Origin: Nemertoderma westbladi
Taxonomy: Eukaryota; Animalia; Xenacoelomorpha
Length of the DNA stretch: 64,000 nt
Direction of reading: 5' to 3'
NCBI GenBank assembly: GCA_032718475.1
Contig: JAUCBJ010007614.1
Location: forward strand, 1-64,000
This document shows positions 25,647 to 36,726 of the stretch, one piece after another. The first letter of the stretch is position 1. Every line of letters begins with the position of its first letter. A program made the position numbers and the translations under genes. The notes under the pieces are model-generated. The model was not told the origin of the DNA and searched no databases. It was given only the letters and a program-made list of their open reading frames with translations.

Positions 25647-28569
25647 AGCTATGATGTTTCGCGCCGCACTTAGCACACCTTGCGTCAGAGTAACAGGTTC
25701 GCCGCTGGTGTCCGCGTCTGAGACAGTTATAACATAACCGCTTATCCCACAGGACTCCACGTCTATCTGCCATGGATTTCTTTAGGAATTCTGCACACGC
25801 ACTCAAACGGTGGGGCCCGTCGCACAGCGCACATTTTGGTTTGATGTTACTCACCTTAACTTGGTTAACGTTCTGCACTCTCGTTCTTTCTTCGGGCTTT
25901 CTTCCGTGAATTCTCTTAGGAGACGTAGGAGGAGTTGTTGTTACCTGTTCTCTCCTGTCACTGGTTCGAGACTTGTATTTACTTACGTCTTTATAGGTCT
26001 TGTTGTCATAGTAAGATCGTTCGGTGTCTTTCCCGCTGTCCTCTTCTTGAGAAGCTTGGCTTTCGCCGTCGTCAGTATAACACACTGGTATTATCTTTCT
26101 CCTAGAAACGGGTTTCTCACTTACCTTATTTTCCGATGTTTTCTCTCTGGACTGCCTTATGAGTTGTAATTTTACTTCACTATCTAAGAAGGACATGAGA
26201 TCAGCCATGGTAGGGCTTCGGCGTTGTTGTTCATTCATGTACAACACTTTCTTGTCCCAGCGCGTACATACTCCACCCTTTGGTAAAGTAGAGACTACGG
26301 CTCCAATGACCATGGAACTCTGATATTCATGCGACTTACCTAACCAGTCCAGTTGTCTACAGATCTCTTGAATTTCATCGGAAAACTCTATAATCCCGCT
26401 ACTAAGGAAGTGTCGGGGGGCTACTAATTTTGCATACAAATACTTAGCTATGTTATCCTTGTTACCATACCTGATGTTTAATGTATCCCAAACTTGTCTT
26501 AATCCATCTGGATGTCCAATAAACTTTAACGCCATTAACTTGGGAGGTCCTTCCAAGCACTTGATGAGGAATCTAAGTTTTTCTCCGTTAGATAGTACAG
26601 AGTTCTGTATGCTATCTTTGTAATATTCGTTGAAAGGTAACCATTTCATCTCATCTCCATTGAATTTGACGATCTCTCCCACTTTGACCGCTTGGCGGGC
26701 TTCTGTTCTAGCCATCTGACGCGTAAAGCTTTCTTGGGCCATCGTGTTATTTAATATCGAATTATCGGTATACAAAGTTCTCGGATCATTATTAGGTCTA
26801 TAGGGAATATCATTAATAACAGGTCTATAATCACCCTTAATAGGGTTTGCTATAGGAGTTTCAACTTCACTAGCAGTATAGATGCGTGTAGGCTCCACAC
26901 CTTGCGCATGTAATACTTCAGACCTAACAGGTTGACACAATGTTACAGGGGGTATTGGTATGCCCTTTTGTATATTGACTAATTTATCGCGTTCTAGTGC
27001 GATACTTTGCTGCACTTCTTGCAACTCTGCTCTACCTTCCCTCACTGTTCCCTTAAGTTGGTGGACAGTCTCCTGCATCTGTCCCAGCAGGAGATTCATC
27101 CCCCGCCGTCCCTCTTCCACCCACTCAACCGCCGAAGCGGGAGTCGCCAACATAGTAGCGGGCTGACGCGGGACGACGGGAGACAAATTATTGATTTCTC
27201 TCTCTGCTATCTGGACAGGGGTATTTGCATGGACTGTTCCACCGGGTACAGGCAGTGTAGTACTGTGTAAAGGGAATTTAGAGTTAAGCTCTGGAAGTGC
27301 AGGGGTCTCTAGCACAGAAGTGACTTGGGGAACGACAGGCCTAATTATTTCAGGCTCATCAACTATTGTAGGTAGTCTTTTGACCTGAATGGTTTGGTCT
27401 GTAGGTTCTGTACTACCTAAGTCTGTGCTAGCTAGTTGTCTTCTGACAGCTGGGGGCAAATCAGGCAATTTGTGACGGTAAGATGTTTTTCTACGCCTGT
27501 TTAGACGAGATCTATTTCCTCCGCCTTCAGGATCGGTGGTCTCGCCTTCCTCCGAGGATGTGTATCCCTGGCGCTTGGGAGTAGCTTTTCTCATCATCTG
27601 CATTTGATTAGCAGTAAACTGTTTATTTATACTGTCTTGTGTCTCTTGCAGATTTTCCAACTCCAGTTGGGTAGTCTGCTCAGAGGCTCTCCGTTCTGCT
27701 TCGGCCACTGCCCTTTCCGCCTTTGCTTCTGCCGCCGCTGCCTTTCTTTTTGCTTCTGCTTCTGCCGCTGCTGCCCTTCCTTTTGCTTCTGCTTCTGCCG
27801 CTGCCGCCTTTGCTGCTTTTCTTTCTGCTTCTGCATCTGCCATAGCTGCCGCCTTTTGTTCCTCTATCCTTCTTTTCTTTATTTGTTCTTCTCGGACTCT
27901 AATGAGGCGGAGTTTTTCATCACATTCAGCTTGGTTTGCAGCTAACATTTCGGCATCGATTGCGTCCAACACAAGCTTGGTTCCTTCACTATTAGGGGAA
28001 AGTCCAGACAGCCGTCTCCTCAACTCTTCGTCTCCTAGGAATCGCTGATAGTCGGACAAATAAATGTCGATAGCGTCTCTAGTTCGCGGCTTCTCTGCTG
28101 ATGTTAATTCGCTTTCCACCTCACTTTCCACTTCGCTTTCCACCTCACTTTCCACTCGAGAAGAAGTGGCGTCGGTTGATTCCCCACAGGCTGGCCGCCC
28201 ATCATAAACCGTATCCCCCATCTTCGCTCCGCGTTCTGGCGTCCGCTCAACAGTATCCGAACTACTGGAGCTATCGGGCCGCTGAGAACTAGGTTCTTGG
28301 CTAGGAGGTTGCTGCTGTTTTATAGCTTCTTCTTGATCCCGCTTGACTTGGGCCCGAGTGCCTATGGCAGACCAACGGCGCTTCACTAACTTCGCAAATG
28401 GCGAAATCTTTTCTACCAACCTAGGTTCTGTCACAACCACCGCAGGGGTTGCCCTTCTTACAGTATGAGGGGTTTCAGACCTCGGTCTGGGATTCTCTAC
28501 ACTTTGATCCGAGAAACAGGCTGTTGTTTCTAGGAGACTATCTGACAGAGTTTGCCTTGTGTCAGCCAT
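25642..28569 (-). CDS. gag: BEL/Pao-type Gag of unit B (975 aa), truncated after the third zinc knuckle by unit A
   Basis: Paralogous to the unit A ORF, with a near-identical DUF1759 and knuckle region. It ends at CAKCGAKHHSL, where the unit A terminus begins. Confidence 0.9.
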   Translation of the reverse strand: MADTRQTLSDSLLETTACFSDQSVENPRPRSETPHTVRRATPAVVVTEPRLVEKISPFAKLVKRRWSAIGTRAQVKRDQEEAIKQQQPPSQEPSSQRPDSSSSSDTVERTPERGAKMGDTVYDGRPACGESTDATSSRVESEVESEVESEVESELTSAEKPRTRDAIDIYLSDYQRFLGDEELRRRLSGLSPNSEGTKLVLDAIDAEMLAANQAECDEKLRLIRVREEQIKKRRIEEQKAAAMADAEAERKAAKAAAAEAEAKGRAAAAEAEAKRKAAAAEAKAERAVAEAERRASEQTTQLELENLQETQDSINKQFTANQMQMMRKATPKRQGYTSSEEGETTDPEGGGNRSRLNRRRKTSYRHKLPDLPPAVRRQLASTDLGSTEPTDQTIQVKRLPTIVDEPEIIRPVVPQVTSVLETPALPELNSKFPLHSTTLPVPGGTVHANTPVQIAEREINNLSPVVPRQPATMLATPASAVEWVEEGRRGMNLLLGQMQETVHQLKGTVREGRAELQEVQQSIALERDKLVNIQKGIPIPPVTLCQPVRSEVLHAQGVEPTRIYTASEVETPIANPIKGDYRPVINDIPYRPNNDPRTLYTDNSILNNTMAQESFTRQMARTEARQAVKVGEIVKFNGDEMKWLPFNEYYKDSIQNSVLSNGEKLRFLIKCLEGPPKLMALKFIGHPDGLRQVWDTLNIRYGNKDNIAKYLYAKLVAPRHFLSSGIIEFSDEIQEICRQLDWLGKSHEYQSSMVIGAVVSTLPKGGVCTRWDKKVLYMNEQQRRSPTMADLMSFLDSEVKLQLIRQSREKTSENKVSEKPVSRRKIIPVCYTDDGESQASQEEDSGKDTERSYYDNKTYKDVSKYKSRTSDRREQVTTTPPTSPKRIHGRKPEERTRVQNVNQVKVSNIKPKCALCDGPHRLSACAEFLKKSMADRRGVLWDKRLCYNCLRRGHQRRTCYSDARCAKCGAKHHSL

Positions 28570-31500
28570 GTTTGATTGTACAGTCGAATGCCTACTGCTA
28601 TATTACAGTTAAAGCAAGTCTAGTAATTCAGTATCACTGTTAGCCTAATAATTAATTACCGATACTGCTACTCAGTGTAGCGTGATATATATATAATATA
28701 TTAGAATACCGGTATGCTTATAATATATATATAAGTATTATTACAGACTAGATTTGTCACAGAGTACCGGTATATAATTTTAGCACAAATATATATAAAT
28801 ATATAATAGGCCTATCGTGAATACCGGTATACAGCCTACACTTATAGTATATAAGTATAATTCTGGACTATAATTAATTACAGAGTACCGGTATGATTTC
28901 AGCACAAATTTATAGAAATAAATATAATAAGCCTATGGTAAATACCGGTATGTCAATTATTTTAAAATAATTGAATTTCTGAATATTTTAGGGTTACTTG
29001 GTTACTTTAACTTACTTTGTTACCGTTATTTAAGCAGTAGTCCAACTGATAGTGAGACCTAGTTGTTGTATGGCAGGCCTACTATTTATAAATCGTTTGA
29101 TTTGATTTATAATATTTATATACCCGTTTAAATGGGTTTTTTGTCAATATTTGAAATAAATGTTATTATTTCTGGGGGAGTCACTACACAGAAGCTGTGC
29201 GCTCTCAGTGAAGTGCTATTTATTTGACACTAAAACTGATAATTCTAATTTACCTAAGTTACTTAATACTACAAATTACTTACGATACGGGTGAGATTAA
29301 TTCTCTAATTAAACACAACAAAATATTACGTACGAATTTTTAGGGTAATTTTACAGGAAGTCTACAAACCAGTCTAACAAAGGGTTAGATTTCTGGTTAT
29401 TACAAAGGACAGGGTACTACGGTATTTAAATAATAAGTAGTAGTAAATATATTGTACTGTCCAGATAGGAAAATACCACCGCCTGACGACCTATAACCGT
29501 ATCGCTATAGGTACTACGTTATGTATCACGGATTGTTCCTACCCAGAGGCTAATAGAGCTAACGAATGTGCCTATCAACCACTTTACAACACAGATATAC
29601 TGCCTACACTAATTACTTCGGATAGCACTGTACACTAAACCCTAAATTAGGTACAAGTACCGGTATAACAAATAATCAGTAGTTAAATATACTTGAACAG
29701 TTAAAAGAACCACGGCATCTGCTGGAGTGACCGAAGCACAAAGTCGTCAGTCTTTACCTACGCCAAGCAGCCCTGATGTAGTACCGGGGTTAGTTTAACT
29801 ATAACGGTATGTGTAACAAACACAATTACTGTAGGAATAAACTTGGGGACATGAATGTTGCGAATAATCGCATAAACTCTGAATAATAAATATTACGCTA
29901 CCCGTACAGAATACTCAAACAAATACAAACCAAAACGCTGGCAGACTACTATTAAGCCTAAACAAACTACAGTATGTGCAGATTCTGAAACTGTTAGTTA
30001 GTATGCGTTCTAACACGGTAGTACGACTTATTCTTTAAGAGGGGATTGACCTTCAGCATATGGCTGCCCCAACTTACTAACGGCACTTTATCAGACCAAC
30101 TCTACACACGCAGCAATCCCTTCAGACCCAAAAATAGCTAGACAACAATCCAGCCTACAAATATTTGAGTAATAACTATTACGGTACCTGAACAGACCAC
30201 ACAAACAAACACAGGCCAAAACACTGGCAGACTACGATCAAGCCTAAATAAACTACAGTATATGCAGACTCTGAAACTGTTAGTTAGTATGCGTGCTAAC
30301 ACGGTAGTACGACTTACTCTTTAAGAGGGGATTGACCTTACAGTTATGACTGCCCCAACTTACTAACGGCACTTTATCAGACAAACTCTACACACGCCGT
30401 AATCTCTCCAAACCCAACCACAGTCAGACAGCAGCTCAGCCTACAATTATCTGAACAATCTGAGCAGGGTCACACGCCTTCTGCTCAATTAGCCTACTAG
30501 TAAATAAAACCAACAGAAATAAGTAGAATCTCAAATAAAAAATCAGGGCGGCCGTTCCCTGATTAAGTACCAAGACCTACCGGTATACAACAATCAAAAT
30601 CGAATAATACTAATGTACTTGTACAGCAGTACCGGTACCGGTGATGACAGTTAGGCCTACTGACCTACAAAGTACCGGTTCAGTTTTACCGGTCACTACG
30701 GTATTTTGCAACCCTATTGCCTACTGCAATAAGATTGTAAACCGTTACTGTTCGTCAGAACAGTATTAAACTGTATTTAATGCCTACACTTGCAACCTTA
30801 TTGCCTACTGCAATAAGATTATAAACTGTTACTGTTCGCGCTTTTGAAGACCTTTAGCAGTTTAACCTGCCAAAATTTATATGTCTTTTAGTTAATTAAA
30901 ACCACTTTAGCATACGACAATAATTTATGCTAATACGCAAAACATTAGCCGAAATCAGCCCATGCGCGATCATTCACCCGATGGATCTACACCCGGGAGA
31001 CTGAATTCGGATGCTTGAATTGTATTATTACAGTGTAAGGTTGCAGTGTATACCTAATGTATTATTCGATAGATCGTTAATAATTAATCTCTGACAGATA
31101 TTATTGGCTTTCGGGAAATATTAACAGTTCCTTTAGGACGTGGCGCTTTATCTATTTAAACAGAACTAAGACTTATACTAAAACGCAACGATACTGCTTA
31201 TGATTAAAGTATAAAGCGTATTCTTTAGGAAATACTTTGTTACCAATCACAATCATACACACTATTCTGCCGACAGTCAGTATATTTGATCACACATAAA
31301 GAGAGCAGTAATTGACTCACGTAGGGTCTGCTAAATAACATTGGATTCAATACACACCACATTAATATAAATCGCAATTGTTATATATAGCCGGTCTCTC
31401 TAACCTGTAGTGTTATCAAGAAAATTGGGAATTGGGTGATTTATCCGTATTATCCAAATAGCAATATTTCCATCAACAAATATTTACAATTAATAACTGA

Positions 31501-32067
31501 CGGTAAAATAACAGTACAAACAATATGATTAATGCAATTAAAAGTATCAAGGTGAGATGAGTGATTTAAGTCAGGTAACAGTTTATACTTTCGATAATTC
31601 AAGCAGTTTTACTAGAGTTCTTACTAAAAGGCCGGTGTTTCTGGCTTAGACAGCAATAACAACAAAGTATCAAGAAAAAACAGTAAGACTGAACACTCTC
31701 CTTATGATCGACTAAAAAGCTACACGTCGACAGGAAAAACCGCCCTGATTGGCCCAAGCCAAACAAAGAACCACGCGTCCAATGGCTGTTTCCATGTCAG
31801 CAACCAGCTGCTAGATGTCGTAATATGAATCATCACGGCTAAGCTGTGAAAGGTAGCCGGTGCATTACAAGTTTTTTGCCTTACCATGTCCGCCAAAACA
31901 CGTATATAGCAGAATGATTTTTATGTCCGTTAAAACACCTGTAAAGGTACCTTGCGGGCGAGGGGAATATATATACAGTTAGAAAACCTTTTTAGAGTAT
32001 TCCAGCGCCTGGGGGAGAACTGGCCAGCAAAGGCAAACGTATCAGTTATCCCACAAAAGCTTTTACA
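25647..32067 (-). mobile_element. Unit B: diverged relative of unit A (5' end, ~3.5-kb leader, gag)
   Basis: Leader 28570-31630 aligns with 22240-25225. Its terminus TGTAAAAGCTTTTGTGGGAT (minus strand, 32067) matches the unit A terminus TGTAAAAGCTTCTGTGGGAT. Confidence 0.85.
29935..30460. repeat. ~286-bp tandem duplication in the unit B leader
   Basis: Cores at 29976-30086 and 30262-30372, homologous to the unit A duplication. Confidence 0.9.
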
Positions 32068-33247
32068 ACCGGTACTGATAGCCTGAGAGAACAGCAGTAG
32101 AGAAACCGGTAGCATGGAACCTAACATTAGATTTTTGGAGGACATAAAAAATAAAAAAAAGGACAAAAAAAGGATTTAAACGGACAATAAAAATTATTGC
32201 GAAATAATAAAGGCGAATTTCTGAAATGTCTTTTAATTCATTTAGGGGGGGGGGGGGGGGGGGGGGGGGGTTATACTTACTGTACAGTATTATATACATG
32301 TCTCCAATTATATACATGTCATTTTCATAATCATTTTGCGCACTTTTTGTATTTTCGTTTTCTATTTCTGATAATTGGCAATTTTGTAAATATTATTAAA
32401 TTAAGAAAAGTGCGTAAAATTTATTGAAGCTTATGAAATTACCTTTCATATATTTTTGTGCTAAAAAGTGTCATTCTGAGATAATCGCCTTCAAAGTTCA
32501 AACCTTCCCGAGTATTTGGTCTGGTTGATTAATAATAGTGTCTGACATGAAGGAATGCAATTGTCAGTCTACATTTTGACAGACAGATTGGCAGACAGAT
32601 ATTCCACGATAACTCGAGAACTACTAAAGATCTCTCTAAGCCGATTTCAGATTTGAAATCCCCAATAAATTCTGCTCTAGATGCAATAAAAAACAAATTT
32701 CTGAATTTACCAGGTACCCACCCCCACCCCCCCCCCCCCCCCCCTTTAAGCTCTTAAAAGCTGATTCTTGGCATATACAGTATGTACTAGAAAATTGGCT
32801 TCTTCTTTGTGGGCGGTACTTAGGTCACCTCTACAGTTTGCGGCTAGGCAGCTTCTGTAGAGGCCATAATGTCTGAGAGTCTGAATGTGCTAAAAACCTT
32901 ATCTCATTTCGTTATTTCTTATCCGTTCAAGATGAAACTTGGAAAATATACATGTAAGACCATAAACCATCCATAGACTGCGTCTTTATTGGGCTGGTAG
33001 TCCCTCTGCAGTTCTCTCATCTACCGGACTACTGTTAGATTGCTTGGCGCGGCCCTGAGTGCAGTACTTTGTCTGCGAAATTTATTCGCAAAAATAACAA
33101 TCTTTCACATTCGCACACCGACCCACACCTCTACAATAGGTATGTTGTATATTTTTGAACCATTTTTATTACATTACAAAATAATGAAATACGAGGATTT
33201 CGCTCTCTCTGCATGATTTTACAGTCGAAATACTGGCGCGCTAAAAC

Positions 33248-35095
33248 TTTTAGTTACCGAGTTTGTAGTTCTGTGTACAGTACAGTAACTACAGTACTGT
33301 AGGTGTCTTGTATAACTAGCGGATGATAGTGTAGCTAACACTTTTAGTTACCGAGTTTGTAGCACTGTGTACAGTACTGTAACTACATACAGTAGGTATT
33401 GTATAACTAGCAGATGATAGTGTAGCTAACACTTTTAGCTACCGAGTTTGTAGTATTGTGTACAGTACTGTAACTACAGTAGGTATTGTATAACTAGCGG
33501 ATGATAGTGTAGCTAACACTTTTAGCTACTGAGTTTGTAGTACTGTGCGCAGTACTGTAACTACAGTAGGTATTGTATAACTAGCGGATGATAGTGTAGC
33601 TAACACTTTTAGCTACTGAGTTTGTAGTACTGTGCGCAGTACTGTAACTACAGTAGGTATTGTATATCTAGCGGATGATAGTGTAGATAACACTTTTAGC
33701 TACTGAGTTTGTAGTACTGTGCGCAGTACTGTAACTACAGTAGGTATTGTATAACTAGCGGATGATAGTGTAGCTAACACTTTTAGCTACTGAGTTTGTA
33801 GTACTGTGCGCAGTACTGTAACTACAGTAGGTATTGTATATCTAGCGGATGATAGTGTAGATAACACTTTTAGCTACTGAGTTTGTAGTACTGTGCGCAG
33901 TACTGTAACTACAGTAGGTATTGTATAACTAGCGGATGATAGTGTAGCTAACACTTTTAGCTACTGAGTTTGTAGTACTGTGCGCAGTACTGTAACTACA
34001 GTAGGTATTGTATATCTAGCGGATGATAGTGTAGATAACACTTTTAGCTACTGAGTTTGTAGTACTGTGCGCAGTACTGTAACTACAGTAGGTATTGTAT
34101 AACTAGCGGATGATAGTGTAGCTAACACTTTTAGCTACTGAGTTTGTAGTACTGTGCGCAGTACTGTAACTACAGTAGGTATTGTATATCTAGCGGATGA
34201 TAGTGTAGATAACACTTTTAGCTACTGAGTTTGTAGTACTGTGTACACAGTACTGTAGGTTTTGTATAACTAGCGGATGATAGTGTAGATAACACTTTTA
34301 GCTACTGAGTTTGTAGTACTGTGCGCAGTACTGTAACTACAGTAGGTATTGTATATCTAGCGGATGATAGTGTAGCTAACACTTTTAGCTACTGGGTTTG
34401 TAGTACTGTGCGCAGTACTGTAACTACAGTAGGTATTGTATATCTAGCGGATGATAGTGTAGCTAACACTTTTAGCTACTGGGTTTGTAGTACTGTGCGC
34501 AGTACTGTAACTACAGTAGGTATTGTATATCTAGCGGATGATAGTGTAGCTAACACTTTTAGCTACTGGGTTTGTAGTACTGTGTACAGTACTGTAGGTT
34601 TTGTATAACTAGCGGATGATAGTGTAGATAACACTTTTAGCTACTGAGTTTGTAGTACTGTGCGCAGTACTGTAACTACAGTAGGTATTGTATATCTAGC
34701 GGATGATAGTGTAGCTAACACTTTTAGCTACTGGGTTTGTAGTACTGTGCGCAGTACTGTAACTACAGTAGGTATTGTATATCTAGCGGATGATAGTGTA
34801 GCTAACACTTTTAGCTACTGGGTTTGTAGTACTGTGTACAGTACTGTAGGTTTTGTATAACTAGCGGATGATAGTGTAGATAACACTTTTAGCTACTGAG
34901 TTTGTAGTACTGTGCGCAGTACTGTAACTACAGTAGGTATTGTATATCTAGCGGATGATAGTGTAGCTAACACTTTTAGCTACTGGGTTTGTAGTACTGT
35001 GTACAGTACTGTAGGTTTTGTATAACTAGCGGATGATAGTGTAGATAACACTTTTAGCTACTTGTATAACTAGCGGATGGTAGTGTAGATAACAC
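33248..35095. repeat. 87-bp satellite with shorter (~75-bp) variants and higher-order pattern
   Basis: Unit AGGTATTGTATAACTAGCGGATGATAGTGTAGCTAACACTTTTAGCTACTGAGTTTGTAGTACTGTGCGCAGTACTGTAACTACAGT, about 21 copies. Confidence 0.97.
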
Positions 35096-36280
35096 TAACA
35101 GCTTGCTAACACTAACAATTCTGCTGCACGAATGCCCTCCACCTATAACAAATTGTCAGAATGAGTTTATGTTCAACTAGCTTTTCAGCCAATCAGTATT
35201 CAATAACCTGTTTTTCTATAAAGTTTATTCCTATCGCATTTAAATAAACTACTTGTTGTCTCCCCTAAATCCCGTAATCAATTCTATATATCATAATTTC
35301 CGTACTAAAAGTGTTATTTATTTTTTACGCAAATTGTGTTATATTGTACGCAAATTGTGTTATATTGTACGGAAATTAGTAGCATTCTTGAAATCGTCAA
35401 GTTGTATTAATTCTAGAATATTAGCTACCGCATTGTTACATAAATCATACCAAGGTAAGGATTCCCCATGAACATTATGAAATTGGCCTACAATCATTCT
35501 AGAAAATTTAAGATTCCCGTTTCATTTAGCGCAATGTAGGACAATACATAGTACATACTAAGCCATCATATTTTTTACTTTTAAAGTTGTTCTGGTAAGT
35601 TCGACACAGTTGTGACTTGTGGAATGATATCGGGAAAACTTTGAAATATACTGTAGTAAGGCAGTAGGGACTGGGTGAGAGAGATTGACTTTCTCACTTA
35701 CAGTACTTTGCAAGCGTTTGTAAATATGCCTTCTTAATGTTGCGCCCTTTGTACTGTACATCAAGAACTACCCGTATTTTTATGCTGCTTAGTTACTGTA
35801 GTGCCGCTGGAAAGGCGGCATACAAGAATACCGAGTATGTAAAGATCAGGCTGACTTGACTGGCATATTACAGAAATTAAGAAAAAAATTTTTTTTTTCA
35901 AAATTACTGGCATTTTTTTTAATTTGGCGGTATGGAGTGGGCACGACGCTGACTATAAAAAAAAACATTACTTTCCATGTATTAAAATAATGGCTAAAAG
36001 ATGTGACAGGTCTTATTCGATTCTGTCAATGTTACTTTTTTGGCCAATTTGGCCACCTCCGTCCCAATGTGCTTTAGTTGCATTTCCTCAGATGCTTTGT
36101 GTGGTCATTTATTTACTTAATATTGTTTCGTATTATAGCCCGCAACGCTGTAAAGAGGTACTTTGCTGCGTTGCGAAGATTCAACAAAACGCTGATAAGT
36201 TGTCATAATTATATAACAAAATACATAATATGTTCTAGAATGTTTTTATAATGTTAAATCTGGGCCATCATAATACGATG

Positions 36281-36492
36281 ATACTACTAATACTCATAGG
36301 ATCGGCATGCTGCATTGCAGCTGCATTTTTAAGAATGCTGTGCCGGCTTGTCTACAAAATTGCGCCACCACAACTCCCTATCACCCATGACATTTGCTAG
36401 ATCATCCGTATCTTCAAGGCCAGTGTCCTTTAAGATGCGTCTCAAGAAAGTCATGGGCTGTCCACCATGCTTATTCACTCCATGAGGCTGCC
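36281..36492 (-). mobile_element. RTE 3' end (left part, split by the Copia insertion)
   Basis: Nearly identical to 12345-12553. Confidence 0.92.
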
Positions 36493-36676
36493 TGTTGATC
36501 AGTATAATACACATTTATAAATCTATAAATATTCTCGCTGTACTGCTATAATAATACAAGGCCGCCATATAATTATATATTAAATACAGCAATACACTCA
36601 GGCCTATACCGGTACACCAAACAACACAGTACTATCCCATCACCCGGCGAGTCTCTATCTCAGTGCCTATCTAACA
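36493..36676 (-). repeat. Copia 3' LTR (184 bp)
   Basis: Direct repeat of 41284-41466. Confidence 0.97.
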
Positions 36677-36726
36677 GATTCACCCTCTTTCTTAAGAATG
36701 AAATGGAATAAACTAAGTGGTTATAG

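Noticed and set aside
31940-32067. 128-bp TGTAAA...TTTACA segment as a solo LTR
   Set aside because: No TSD or PBS, and no equivalent inner boundary in unit A.
32238-32750. Kolobok-like element between poly-G and poly-C tracts
   Set aside because: The ends are too degenerate to define TIRs or a TSD.
34321-34860. Repeat ORFs RSTVTTVGIVYLADD
   Set aside because: Translation of the 87-bp satellite. The LADD resemblance to an RT motif is coincidental.
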